Shown here in pieces: positions 31,989-45,641 of a stretch of DNA of 64,000 nt (positions are counted from its first letter, which is position 1; every line of letters starts with the position of its first letter). The notes under the pieces are model-generated. The model saw nothing but the letters and a program-made list of their open reading frames with translations. It did no database searches and was not told where the DNA came from. The stretch comes from Ptychomitrium polyphyllum. Taxonomy: Eukaryota. Where the stretch lies: assembly GCA_973851085.1 (NCBI GenBank), contig OZ316775.1, positions 18,166,001 through 18,230,000 on the forward strand, written 5' to 3'. A program made the position numbers and the translations under genes.

Positions 31989-33292
31989 GGCTCCCCGCTG
32001 CCTGTCCTCTAGGTCCGAGCTCTCTGATTCTCTAAAACTGCTCACTCTGCAAAACTGCGCGCTCACATCCGGTAATGCATGACCGCAGACGACGGACATT
32101 ACGGATGGGTCGCAGATGATGATAACGACGATGAGGATGAAGAGCACGCAATGACATCGCACCATCCAGATTCCCTGAAAGATTCTGTTTCGAATTCCAT
32201 CCAGTGTCGAGGGAGCCGCGCCTCATTCTCCTGCGAAAGCTCGCATGCACTCCTGTCTTCTTATCTCTGTATCGTCATATGCTCTCTCTGTACTCTGTGA
32301 GTGTGTATGTGTCTCCTGTAAGCTGCAAGGTTGCAACTATGAGTTCTTAAATCGGTATCAGAGGCCTTGAGTTCAATGTTCACCATATGGCGAGAACTGT
32401 GTTTAAAAGGCCGGATTTGGGGCCCGATGCGGCGCTTCTGCCAGCAATCTTTTTTGAGCAGGCCACAATAATAATGAGGTCTATTATTGCTGCAAATGAG
32501 TGTGATTTGATCTGTTTCAAGCAAAGGACTGGACGACTTCGTCAGAGGTTTTGTATCCGACCGATGTGCATGTTCTTACATATTCGAGACTGGTTCTTGA
32601 GTAAAGTGTCAAAGAAGTTTTGCGAGAATCCTGCGAGTTCTTCAACCAGCTTGATAGGTCAAAGTTGACAGACCAAAAAGGAGTCGCTTTCTAGTGTAGC
32701 CAGGTTGCCCTTTACGTTAACCATTGATTCCTTGAAACCGGGAAGATGTCTTCAAGCATGTGCATTCAAAGTTTCTCAAAAGGAGATCATCACGACTTGC
32801 TCTTGCCTGGGCCTAAATATACTACAATGAGTTCTTGTTTAGGACTTATAAAGGCCAAACGCACCAAACAGATTCTCACTCTCTCTGCATTCAGTCCAAA
32901 ACCCCCTGCATGCTTCGTGATTACCACGAAACAATAAAATCAATTCCCTACTGTTCGGAGACTAGAGTTCAGTACGATGTTCAGCCCGATGAAGTGAGAA
33001 GCAGTTCTATCGACAGAAGAGAGAACAGCTGAAATGCTATTCTAGTGCCTAAGTATGCGTGTACAAAGAATAATATTCATTACGAATTCACAGTCTAGAG
33101 AGTAATGTGTGAAGAGAAACAGGGTAAGCATTGCATCCCGTCTCGATACAAAAGCTTTCCAGTTTAACAGTTTAAACCTCACTGTCGACCTGAAATCTGA
33201 CAAGCTAGTAAAGTATAATTGCATTTCGAAATAACAGATATTCCATCTTGTTAGGATTTAAACTACCAGAGAGTCGTCTTCGGTCCTTCACG

Positions 33293-34284
33293 TCATCCTG
33301 CACAGCAAGACCCGCAAGGAGCAGGTGCACCTGCAAGGGCCAAGGAAGCAAAATGTAAGTGCAATCTGCCCAATCCAAAACAATGATGAAATACCCTCGA
33401 TGATAAGTTGTTCGGTGCACATGAAACCTAGGCATCATTGTCACTAGTTCAATGTCACACATCCATACGGAATACAGCATCTTCAATTCATGTTTGCGTT
33501 GACAGTGGCTCAATGATTTATTCGTTACTTATAAAGTCAATGTACGAAGGCCAGCAATTTATAGCAAGATCATCCAGCAGATAAACAAGAAAGTTTGAGG
33601 ATTCCGGAGCATACTGTGGTCAATGCCGCGCACGTTATCCATGCCACGAGGTCCTCTGCCATATCCTCCAGATGGACCACCACCTCCACCAGGCCCTCCC
33701 GGTCCGCCCCCACCTCCGCCATATCCTCCACCAGGGCGTCTGCTATCGGCCTTTTTACCGTAATTTTGGTGTGCGTCCAACTGCAATCTCAAACAGACAC
33801 ATGTATTTTTGAAAAAAGAAGACGCAACCCTAAATCCACAGCAATGCTCATTCACTCAAAACTAACTCCCTACTTCATATTAACTTCTTCCAAAGGATAA
33901 TATAAATCACTGAATTTCCACTAGGGTTTGCACTGAAAGAAACAATCCTACACATCTGCAAAGAGCCCATCGCAATATATCAAACTCTAAGTTGTAACAA
34001 TGATGAAAGAATCCTTACCGAAAACATGGTTTTGAAAAACGCCAGCATCACATTGACGAGAGCGAAAAAAGTGTCCGAAACGATGCTCAACCTCCATGGC
34101 GATCTTCTTGCCCGCACTTCCCCTGCACCATCGACGCCCAAATACCTGATCAAAGCTCAAACCCACCTGCAAAGAACACCTCCAGGATTCCTATAATCCA
34201 ACGAAATCCAAACCAAACCAAGCCTACTTGACAGGAAATCAATCAAACGCCGAGTGACGCACCTGCTTGAATGTAGCCCGCCAT
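33293..34284 (-). CDS. SELK: Selenoprotein K/SelG-like (Cys-type) glycine-rich membrane protein, 4 coding exons
   Basis: MAGYIQAG|EVRARRSPWRLSIVSDTFFALVNVMLAFFKTMFS|LDAH...GGPGG...PRGMDNVRGIDH|SAPAPCGSCCAG-TGA. Confidence 0.9.
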
Positions 34285-34540
34285 CGCTGCCTGCAAAATG
34301 GGACCAAGATCCAAACCCCATCTCACATCTGCTCACAGTTGTTGGCTTTAGACTCATCCATTGACATCCATCGACGTCACCGGTCATCCACCATTGACAG
34401 CTTCAGGATTCGCATCTCAGTGGAGCGATCAACTTTCATTCGTCGAAGTCTGCATGATGGGTGTCTTGTCTGGAGTCTCTTTTGAGACAATTTGAGACAA
34501 GTGTAGGCCGCAACTTTGCTCAATTCTGCAACGACGAGCG

Positions 34541-37500
34541 ATGGCGATGGCGATGGCTAGCTACCTCTCCCTGCGCTCCGCTGCGGCGCTTCGTTGGCGG
34601 TGTCCGCATGCGCTCGTGAGTGACATAACTTTACCCTCTTGACGGGCTCGGCCTTGGGAGTGACTTTGGACAGTTTCCTTCGCGAGCCTGTGCGTTAGCT
34701 TGTGTGCAGCGATCCGTGAGTGTGATTGCAGTGCATGATGTGATGATTAGAAATGCAGAATGGCATGTGATGCAGTTTGAAGCTGTGGGTGTGGGTTCTG
34801 CTTGGACAGACCTGTTTTCGGTGTGGATTGTGAATGACAATTGTGGACTGATAGCAGCATGAAGTCACCTCTTCTTTCTCTGTTTTCTGGTGTGGCTATG
34901 TCGACTTTCTTCTACAGTGCTGTGGACTGGGTAAGTGTGAGTGTGAACCTGTGATTAGGATTTTAATTCTTGGTTTCGGTCTGGCTTAGAGTGGAGGATT
35001 TGAGATTGATGCTTTTCATATGGTGCACTTGGATAGGAATTTTTTTTGGACGTGCATTTGGGATTGGAAACAGGAGAATGTGTATGAAGACCTGTCGAGG
35101 CAGTGATGTGTTCTGTAAAAGAAAACACAGGTGACTGTAGCGTTGGAGCTGAATCAATCTCGGTACTACGCTAAATTCTCGCTCCTATATGAAAGCTTAT
35201 GCTACGCGTATGCTTAATCTTGTGGCGGAAACTTTGGAGGTGAGAAGAATTTTCAGGAGAAGATGCTCATGGAAATTTTTAAATTAACAATGGTATATGT
35301 AACCATGTTAATACAAAGATTTTGATGAGGCAAATGAAATGCTCTATGGTGATGCGAATTGAGAAGAGTGCCACAACCTAGACGATATCCCTCTTATTGC
35401 GTTCTTAACCTGCAATAGAACTCTTTCCTCGCTCAACGATGTCGGTGCTTCTGCTTCGATGAGTGGGCGACCGTTCAGCATGCTACCATCAGGAGCTATT
35501 TCATGCACCAATGCATTCTTCAAACTTGTTTTGATATCTTAATGTTTCGTACTTGAGCCACTCACGAGGCAGTATATAGTGTTGGTATTGTTTTGAGATG
35601 TTTCTGTATTGTATCAGTTATCTAAAACCATCTGTCAACTTCTGTTGGAAACATATTTGCATCATCTTGTATTAGACTCTTCTTGCTCAATCTTCCCATA
35701 CCGTTATTGCACAATTCTTTGGGGTTCAGCTCCTACGATATCCCGGGTTTCTCTAGGATATGAGAGTCTGAATACATGAAGCTGAACTGATGCACCTGAT
35801 GTTTTCTTGTTGGGTATTTATTAAAGCTTGCGAGATAATTCATGTTCTTGAATCGCAATTCAAGATCAAAGTTGCTGTTGAGGAAACCTTCTGTGTGTCA
35901 ATTCCACCTTATATGTCATTCAAAAATTGAGTTGCACCGTGCAGAGAGGTGTCTGGCAGAGAGGCAGCAGCCAATACTGGGGTGGCATCAAGCGGCAAGC
36001 TAGCAGTGGTACCATCACGCAAGCTGCGCTTCATATAGACCTCGTACCTATTCGATTCCACATTCTGACTTTTTCTTGGGAAGAGCAATTTGATTTTTGC
36101 TAAAACATCTTGATTTTATGTTGAAATCCAATTGTGCCTATCTATAGACCTGCTTGCCAAATGGCTTTCTGAGATCCTAATAGCCTACTTCGTCACCCAC
36201 TCTTCATTGCGCATTAGTTCTTCGTGTTGAATTTTTTGAGGGTTATTCTCTTTTTGTTGCAGTTCATCTTCCACAACTTGCATGATATTCTTGAAATTAA
36301 ATACTTCTAACACTAAATGCCCATGCAGGTCCCGTGTTTGGTCGACAACTATGCCTACTTGCTCCATGACACGGCTTCAGGTACCACCGGAATTGTTGAT
36401 CCTTCGGCTTCTGGGCCTGTTATTAAGGCTCTAAAAGAGAAGGGTCTGACCCTGGATTATATTTTGAACACTCATCATCATTGGGACCACACTGGTGGAA
36501 ACGCTGATTTGAAGAAAAAGTATAAAGCGAAGGTACCTCTAGACGTAATCATATTTCATGTTGCACATTGAATAAGCTATCATTCGTGAGGTAGTTAAGT
36601 AGACCTTATTCTGTAGTGTTCATTGTAGTACATTTCAAGCCTAGTGAAAGGCGAAACTTGAATTTACCAGGCTAAGGTGGTTTTAGTGTAGGTTGTAGGG
36701 CCAAGAGCAGACCAAGAACGTATACCAGGAATTGACATTGCACTTAGAGATGGCGAGACATGGATGTTTGGTGAGCAACTCATGCGAGTCCTTGATACTC
36801 CTGGTCATACTCGAGGTAATTGCAACCCCCTGCCTGATTATCGCTATTTATTCTGATGTTACAGCTTACGCTCGTACTCCTCTAAGTAACAATAACCGTT
36901 CACGTCCAGGTAGTTCAACTTGTTTCCAGTTCGGATATGCTGAAATTCTACATTTCTTTCTGGGAAAGACTTGTGGTGCCAATTTCTGAGAACGTACTGT
37001 GCTGTTTTAAATTCTGTTCGTTTAGTACTCAGCTAAATATATTTGTCGAACAGGGCACGTTAGTTTCTACTTCGAAAACAACAAGTCTGTCTTTACTGGA
37101 GACACTCTCTTTTCAATAGGATGTGGCCGTTTATTTGAAGGTTCTCCTGAGCAGGTACTGTGCCATTGATCAGGGTTAACATGAATTTAGTTAAACCTTA
37201 CGGATGGCAATGTCAATACGAATTTGCTCAATTTGGTATTTGTTCCAAGACTTTTTGAGAATGTCAGAGCACAGGTCTGAATTTGAGCAGGAGTACGCTT
37301 TTGAGAAAATGTTAATGTGTGATCATTTGAATGCTTGCAGATGTGGATTTCTTTGTCGAAGCTGGCAGCGCTCCCAGATGACACACTAGTGTACTGCGGT
37401 CACGAATATACAATGGTAAGCACCTTTCTTGGTTGGATTGGGAAAATAATGCGTAATTTCTTTTCTATAGGAATAGAGTAATACAAGAAAAGAATGCCGT

Positions 37501-38087
37501 AGTCAGTACAAAAGAGAAAAGGGTATATGGAAACTCAGGGAAACTATATTTGAGCTCAACTTTGCAAACAGCCTGCCTACCTGCTATACCTTGGCAATAC
37601 AGAAACCAATTTTTCTGGTGCTATTCCTGATAATTATGAATGTGAGTTGTTGGACCTATTAACTTCTCTACGGTTCTAACGCTTTTTTACGTCAAAATGC
37701 ATTTTCTTTTTCTATTTTGAACGCAGTCGAATGCAAAGTTTGCATTGACAGTGGAGCCCCAGAATGGCGCCTTGCAGTCACGAGCTCAGCAAGTAAGGGA
37801 ACTCCGTCAAAAGGGTCTGCCAACGGTGAGTCTATCTCCACGTATAGTGCACCTTTTCTTGTCACTGCATTTTAGTGCTGAAGAATTGGTCTTTAGCGTT
37901 TCTGCGTCTCAGGTTGGGTCCATTTTGGTTGTATTTTCAGATTCCAACCACATTACGAGAGGAGAAGGAGTTCAATCCTTTCCTGAGGCCATTTAGTGCC
38001 GAATTAAGAAAATCGCTGAAAGTGGCGGCTACTGCAAGTGACATCAATGCTTTCGCTGCAGTTCGTGCAGCCAAGGACCGAGCGTAA
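34541..38087 (+). CDS. GLX2: Hydroxyacylglutathione hydrolase (glyoxalase II), organelle-targeted, multi-exon
   Basis: [28 protein letters not shown] (metallo-beta-lactamase motif), [50 protein letters not shown]. Confidence 0.95.
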
Positions 38088-41000
38088 ACCAGCCTTTCCC
38101 AAACAGCGAACTATTTTGTTCGGTATTTACTAGATTTAGTCATTCTCTTAGGCAAAACGAACATGTCTAGCAAAATACTCAAGATTGTTATTCACTCTTT
38201 TGAGAGAATTCACGTATAGCGCTATTTTCAGTTCGAAAACATTTAATTCAGTCGTGCTCATAGTTCAAGACATGTGTACAAATGTTACATGCTGTTCTGC
38301 GTTTGCCTTTGAATATTGAGTATGAGTAAATCATGTTGTTTTTACGCATTCTCTTACAGAATGTCGAACGAAGTTACCAGAAGAAATCATATAGGGAAGC
38401 AATCTACATCACCAAAAATTGTATTCTTCTGAATTAGTTTTGAGACATCAGATTACGCATCTTAAAATATATATATTTCTACCTCCTGTTATTTGCCTTG
38501 AAGTTAGCGATTTTCGTGTATGTGCTAATGTCGGGCGCTGCCTTGAAGAGTCTTAGATAGGTAGTTTTTGCAGTTTCCTCAATTATCTTGTCCTTGCTTC
38601 AGATGAGTGAAATTACAGGTAGTTGTGAAGCAGGGAATATGTAAATTACATTGATAGTCACCTCTTGCGTTTGTGTACGCACTGTCTGACAGCGTGGCCA
38701 GCCGATTAGGCAGCCACAGTCAATGGTGAGCTCAGGTCTTTAAAATTTATCCTTCAACGGTGACACTAGTTGAAGTATATTATTTGTAGGGATTACGTAG
38801 CAAGAATGTCTAAACGGCAGCTTCGTAGCTGACGCAGCTAGCGTCCCAGCAGCCTAGCAATACAGTATTTCATCGCTATCTAAGACGTATCTATCCCACA
38901 TGAGAGTGTAAGTGTCCTGAATCAAACCTGTGAATTAGTTGGTGCATGTGGGTTGATTCAGCTTTCTTTCAATCACAACCGGGTGATTCTTGGTATGTCA
39001 TTCATTAGCACAGACAGATTATATATGTCATTACAAGTCATTATATATGTCATTAGTAGTGTGCTACAAATGAACCAGGTTTGAATGCCAACCTGAATTT
39101 TCTTTGAACAATCTGTATTCTTCTCTTAGCTCTTAGTGTGAACCTGTTTTAAAGCTAAAGAGGATATCTTTTTGAGAGTTTCCAGAAGTTGTTCCTAAAA
39201 GCTTATTGAGAAGAAATAGGAATGAGTCACCTTTGACTGTTTGGGTGGCTGCACAGGCAATCCGGTTGGAATTTTGAGGGGCTTCTTAACCGAGAATCAT
39301 CTCAACCATGGGCCGCACATAAAGACTTGGTTGAATCTATGAGAAAATTTCTAAATCCTGGTCTTCTAAGGAAGCAAAACTCTCAACTGTGATCCCCTAA
39401 ACAGCTTAAGGCTAGGCTAAAATCTCATCCATAGGTTGAACGATTATTTCAATCTGAAACTACCTGGATTGTTTGGGTTGCTATTATCAAGGTGCAAATT
39501 GTTGAAGAATAATTGTCAACATCAACTACCACATAATTCCAACTTCTCATAACACAAAATATTTTCACCCTTTATATATTGTAGTTAAGATTATACACTC
39601 CATATCTATAACCTCATAACTCTGTATAAACCCATAAAACTACATAAACTCCATAACATTGTATAAATTCTACAATTCTCTCTTCATTACATAATACAAA
39701 GTTGGCAAAGGATTCTCAAGTCCTTGTGTATTTGGCCACAACCTCTCTACATACTAGAACTCATAAAAAAATTCTAGTGTTATTTCCATTATTCTATTAT
39801 ATTTTTAATAAAAAGCCAATTAAATATATTTTAAGATTTGTCACTAAGTAGACTTGAGCCTCACCACCTACCATAAGTCAAGGCTTTTATCAACATAGTC
39901 AATATAAGTATCTTCAAAGCTACAAGTAAATCCAACTTAATATTGTTTTATTGAATGAATTCTATCAATTCATTAATTCGAGTGACCATAAGATAATTCA
40001 TTTGTTTAGGACTTAAATTTATTTCCTATTGTTGGTATATGTAAGTGTTTTCAATAGATTATAAGATAAAATTGAAAAAGATGTGTATTTAATTCCAAAA
40101 AGTTTAAATAGAGTTTTTGACCTCCATTATCTTTTACAACTATCATTGTTTATGAACGGTTCCATAAGTGCAAGATGTTACATACAACTTGGTTACTTCA
40201 TGAATTACAAACTTTTTAAAAATTATAAGCATGGAAGTGAAGAAAAAGTCATATTTTTTCAAAAAACCAAGTTTGGTAAATGAAATATATTATGATTCTC
40301 TACATGAAGTAGGGAACATTGTCAAAAATTTAGAAGTCATTATGCATAAAAGCACAGCTGCACAATCTAATTCAACCTTGCACACAATTTTAGAGCACAT
40401 TGACATTGTTCTAATAAAGAATGTAGTAGTTTAAGCTACAAAATTTGGATCTATATTTAATTAAAATGACATGTAGTTTTCAAGTAGCAGTAAGTCAAAT
40501 TAATATTATTAATAATGAATAAAAACTTACTTGGATAGTACATGTTATGTACTACAATATGGCCACATTTGGCTCCAGTATTCTAGTTTTCATCCAAGGG
40601 AATAGAATTAAAACCACTTGGACCCTTCTGTGCACTAATATAAAGCCTACTATCAAAAAGGGAAATATTTCTAAGACTTCTCCATATTATTCAGTGTAGA
40701 CAAATAATTTAGAGGAACATAAAGGAAATATTCTAGACATTGTTCTTGCATCAAAATTTACCATTTTTTTATTACAGTGCAAGCTTCAAGACGAGAGATC
40801 TTGGAACATAGTGACAATACATGCTTTTTGAAAAGGGATGGTCTTTCAAGCTCCTTCGTAAATCACATTATTCAAAAAGGGGGCCAAAGTTCTTCTTCTT
40901 ACTCTTATCTCTGCATGACTCAAATCGAAGTAAAGTGCCAGTTGGAAGGTGAAGGTGTGAACGGGGCTCCATGCGGTACTTCGCTTTGCAGACAAGAAGG

Positions 41001-43751
41001 ACCCTTGCAAAGCAGGTAGCTCTATTCTCTCAAAGAAGGTCCCATACCCATGTGAAATATCTACTGCAGCCTGCATTTATGGAGTTCATATGTGATCAAG
41101 TTAGTTTGCCTTGAAAGCACAGCACATGGCAGTACCAGAATACTGTTTCTCAATGTTCTCTTCACACTGCGTGCAAGACACACACAAGACGGCATGTTTA
41201 GAATTATTGTTGTCCGTCAAGCTCTAGCTTCTCCACAACTACAGTGTAGACTTTTATTAAAACATCAATTGGAAGACCCAAAACATGATCTTGGAAACAC
41301 AAGTGTGAAAGCAAATCAAGCAATTGCGTCATGGGAGGTTGGTGGCGACTTAGAGTATTGTTGTGAGCAGGAACTCATAGCACATATTACACTCCTAGAT
41401 TAAGATATATCACACTTCTAGATCTTTAAAGTATTTTTTACTTTAACGGTTTGAAGAAATTCTAGTATTTTGAATAGAGTTGTCTAGAAATTCACATTTG
41501 TCACAAAATCTTCTTTTTCATCATTATAAAATTTTCCTTCTCAAAGATAGCACTATTGAAAATATCTCTAATATCTCAAGGTGATACTTTTAAGACAACA
41601 TAACATTATCAAAGTTATTTCTTAAATTCAATTCTCTTATCATCCAAAATTCTCCATAATCTCACCTCTTTATGTACCTCATGCGTAATTATGATTGGAG
41701 CGCGTCTTTTCATACAAATATCTTAGATCACTCACCCACCTTTTCTAGCAAGCAAGTTGATTTCACAGATAACTCTACTGAGACCAGATTATTGAGATTG
41801 TTATACAAAATTTGGTTGAAGCCTCTGCTAGGACCATCCTAGTAGAATATTGCGCTGGGAACACATGGCAAGTCTTTCAAAGAGCCTCCAGCATGGGTAG
41901 CTGTAAATAAACGCAAGACGTGGAAGGCTCTGTATGACAACTGAAAATACAGCAAAAGCACAATGACATGGAGCCCAAAGTGCCGTACATATATCTTAAT
42001 CCAATCCAGACAAATGTGACGCAGCAACAGAATCTAAGCTGTGCCGTTCCTTTTCCATAACTGTACAATTCTGTGACACATTCACTGCTTGACGATGGAA
42101 GTGACACCTCAAGCCGACATACCCTGCACATTAAAGTTCGGTTTTCACACCAATTAATGGTCTCATAACTTGGAGGCTCGACCTCAATTAACCTCCAGTG
42201 ACTCCATTCATGTAGGTACCTACAACCCTGGTACATCCATTAAAACCAAAAGATTTTGCCAAAATTCCACTTCAGGTTTACTGCAGGGATCCAAACGCCA
42301 GGTTCTTCTGGGTTCGCATACTTTCGCAGGAACTACAGCGCCTGTGTGAACAGATCCCTCGAGAATCAATGATCAGATCCATCCAGGGGACCCCGTTCAC
42401 ACCGCCAAAGCCTCCAACACAGCCCAGAGCCTCCGTCAACCTCTGAAAGAATTGCAAATGGCACAGGCCTAGTCCTGCTTTCTCAGAGAAGGACCAAATC
42501 TTTACGCCTCTGAAACGGTTTTGGAGCTTCTCATATGTTTGCACGAACCCAGGTCCTGTCGTAATGATTTTTGCAGCAATTTTTGGAACAGTCTTTGGGC
42601 AGTTTTTGGAGAAAGAGGATCACACCCAGCCTGATCATCATGCACCAGTTACATTTAGTGACAGTCGACACTAAAGACCAACACTGTCTACACAATCCAT
42701 AGATTTTAGGAATTCAAATGTACGCCTATGATGATAATATTGGTGGTACTCACGGTGACGGTTTTGTGGATTAGGTCCCCTTGAGCTGTATAAGAAGGTG
42801 AACTCCTCCCAGAACGTTCAGTATACTTCGAAGAGTTTGTTTCGTTTTGCGAATTGGTTTGGTTCCGTGAGCTTCTGGGATCTTCAATCACAAGTTGAAT
42901 TGGTGTTTTAAGATTGGAACCAATCTCATCCATCAAGTGCGAGCATACCTCCAGCCTCCGAGGTAAGTTGTGTGTTTTCTCAAAGCTCGAGCCTTTGGTA
43001 GTTTTGGCCCCCAAAACTTGAGTTTTCGGTTTTCTGCTTCTTGACGTAGAAGAGTGCTGTTACAGTTACCCGTGTCAAGGTGTTTCTTGGAGATCATTTC
43101 TTGTGGGAGGTGGATGCTGTAGGATTGGTGTTTGTGTCTTTGATGTGGTCACGAAGAACTGTGACATGATGTTTGGACCACCCCCATGGGACCCAGCTTT
43201 GCTCAGGATTCCAGCTCGATCACTCCTCACCAGTGTTCACCGTTGTACGTCGATGTTTGTAAAACCAGCTTCTTGTGTGGTTGTTGAATTTGGTTGTTTG
43301 TAAAACCAGTTTCGAAGTTTAAGAACTGAGTAGTGAGGAGTTTGTGGGATTGTGTGAGGCTCCTCGTTGTGTCCCTGAATATGTGAGGATTTCGAACAAT
43401 GTGGTAGGAAATATGAGTTGGCGTTAGCTGCTTGTGGATTGCTACCACTGCAAGTGACGTCTAAATTGAGAACAGCATTTTTGGTGCGGACTTTATTTGG
43501 TCGTTATTATGACTTAGCTGTTGAGCTCAACATTTTGAGGCCTTTCTGTATTTTGTGTACCTTGGAGTTCTGCTGGATTGATATCAGTATCCAAGGTCCG
43601 ACTTCGTGCGTTAAGGCGTATTTGGGCTGCACTAGAGGAATGTGTGGGCTGGAAGGATTTTGAGTGCACCTGGTGTTGTTTTGACGTTTGATTTGTTAGT
43701 ATGGCGGAAGTTGAGGAAGATGCTGATGAGATTTTTTGATGGGATGCAGCA

Positions 43752-45131
43752 ATGGGGACTGAGGCTGGTTCACGAGCGGTCGGTGACGCGATCAAGGATA
43801 TTGAGGTGGAGAAGATCCGCGGTCCTGGAGATTCTACAATTGTCAAGTTGGGTTCCTTCTGGGAGGATCAGGTATTTTAACTTGCGTTCAATTTTGTGCA
43901 TCCTTTTTTTAATCTCACAATTTCACTATAACTGAACTTCGACTGGCAGGAGCAGTAATTGTGTCTACCCAAAACCCGCGTCATGTAATGTTGATGAAAA
44001 TTAGGGTTGCTTACAACCTGTTAACAGAGGAGCTGCACCGTTTCTGAAGTTTCTGGAAATTAAATAGAGCTTTGGCCTTAAAGGTAGCAAATGGGATTGA
44101 CTCGAAAATGCCCTGTCATGCTTGTTCAGCCTGTGGTGATCCACTTGCTTCGACGATTCGGCTGCCAGCTTTGTCGTGGTCAGTCCGTTGAGATGGCTAA
44201 AATGCTGCCTCTGTTGGAGGCTAATAATGTTCGAGTCGTTGGAATTGGTACGTTTCCTCATTCAAGTTTATTGTGTCTCAAACTTGCGCTGTCAAAGAAT
44301 GAAATAGTCGAGTAGTTTCAGTATAGGCAGGCTTGTTTGAGATAGTTAATAAGGTTGTGTTTGCCACGTCATGTGCACAGGACTTGAGAGGTTTGGCCTG
44401 GAGGAGTTTGAGGAGAAGAAGTACTGGAAAAGTGAGTTATACATCGACAACGGAAAGAAGATACACAATGCCTTAGCACTTACGAAGGTGGGGTGGGTGG
44501 GAACATTTATGATGCTTTTTGCAAACAAGTCGGTCAAGGAAGCTGCCGGGAAAACCAAGGATACTCCTGGTAACTTTCAGGGTGACGGCAGGTATATAAG
44601 TCATCCTCGCCTTTTTTGTGGAGACTTGGCCCAAGAATGTGCGCATTATGTGTTTCTGACGGCTGTGATCTGAGATTGGAGCATTCAAAAAATAACTTGT
44701 CTCTCTTTTCTCACCCTCATGAAATGATTTTTAAATGAAATCAGAACATAGTTTAAACATTTTACGTATAAATTTTGTAATGGTAATTACTGTTGTAGTA
44801 ACTGTTGAGGACTGATTAGACGCAGTTCTGTTGAAAGCTTAGGCAAGAACAGCAGGTTGAAACTTGCTGTAGTGCAAAACGAGTTTCTTTCGCTTTTTTG
44901 TCAGGTTATCAGTCATAGCATCTGTTAGGTCGATGACTGGGTAGTGTTGGAACGGATATTTGTTGTCCTTTTCTTAAAGTTGATAGATTATTTCTTTTGT
45001 GCAGGCAATTGGGAGCAACTTTTGTGATGGGCAAGGGAGGAGAGATGCTGTTGGACCACCGTCAAAAGGACTTCGGTGATCAGCCAACGAACGCTGAAAT
45101 CCTTGAAGCGCTTGGTTTACATTCGACCTAG
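43752..45131 (+). CDS. Peroxiredoxin-like 2 / AhpC-TSA_2 (FAM213/SelU family, prostamide/PGF synthase-like) redoxin, 4 exons
   Basis: LGSFWEDQ|PVVIHLLRRFGCQLCR (CxxC), VRVVGI|GLERFGLEEF...ELYID, GNFQGDGR|QLGATFVMGKGGEMLLDHRQKDFGDQP...LGLHST*. Confidence 0.9.
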
Positions 45132-45567
45132 GCTAAGTAGCAAGCTGTTGTTGATTGCTGTCAGTTTCCTGAGCCTGTCAACGTTAGTACTGGAGCAGAA
45201 TTATCGCTTTATTGTGAATAATAGAACAATTATCTGTCGGCGGATGCTTGTATAGATGAATTATTTTGACCATCGCACGTTCGGTTTTTTGAGAGACGAG
45301 TTTCTAAATTAAAAGATCATCCTTAGAAGTTTGACGGAAAGCCAACCACCATAGCTTCTCACTAAAGCTATGGTACTATGAATCATCATGCCATCCATGG
45401 TAATCTCATGGCGATCTCTCATAAGAACTTATGCTAATAAGCAAGCTGAGATACTACAAACTATTGGAATTTTCAAACATGGAAAATTATGTCAATTAAA
45501 AGATTTATTCTCAATTACAATATTTGTGTTTACTAAATCTTTCTCATGTCCTCAGCTTCTATGAAAT

Positions 45568-45641
45568 GTCTGGTTGGTGTAGTCGGTTATCACGCTAGTC
45601 TCACACACTAGAGGTCCCCAGTTCGAACCTGGGATCAGACA
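45568..45641 (+). tRNA. trnV-CAC: tRNA-Val, anticodon CAC
   Basis: Acceptor stem GTCTGGT/ATCAGAC, A-box TGGTGTAGTCGG, anticodon stem CTAGT/ACTAG with loop CTCACAC, T-arm CCCAG-TTCGAAC-CTGGG, discriminator A. Confidence 0.97.
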
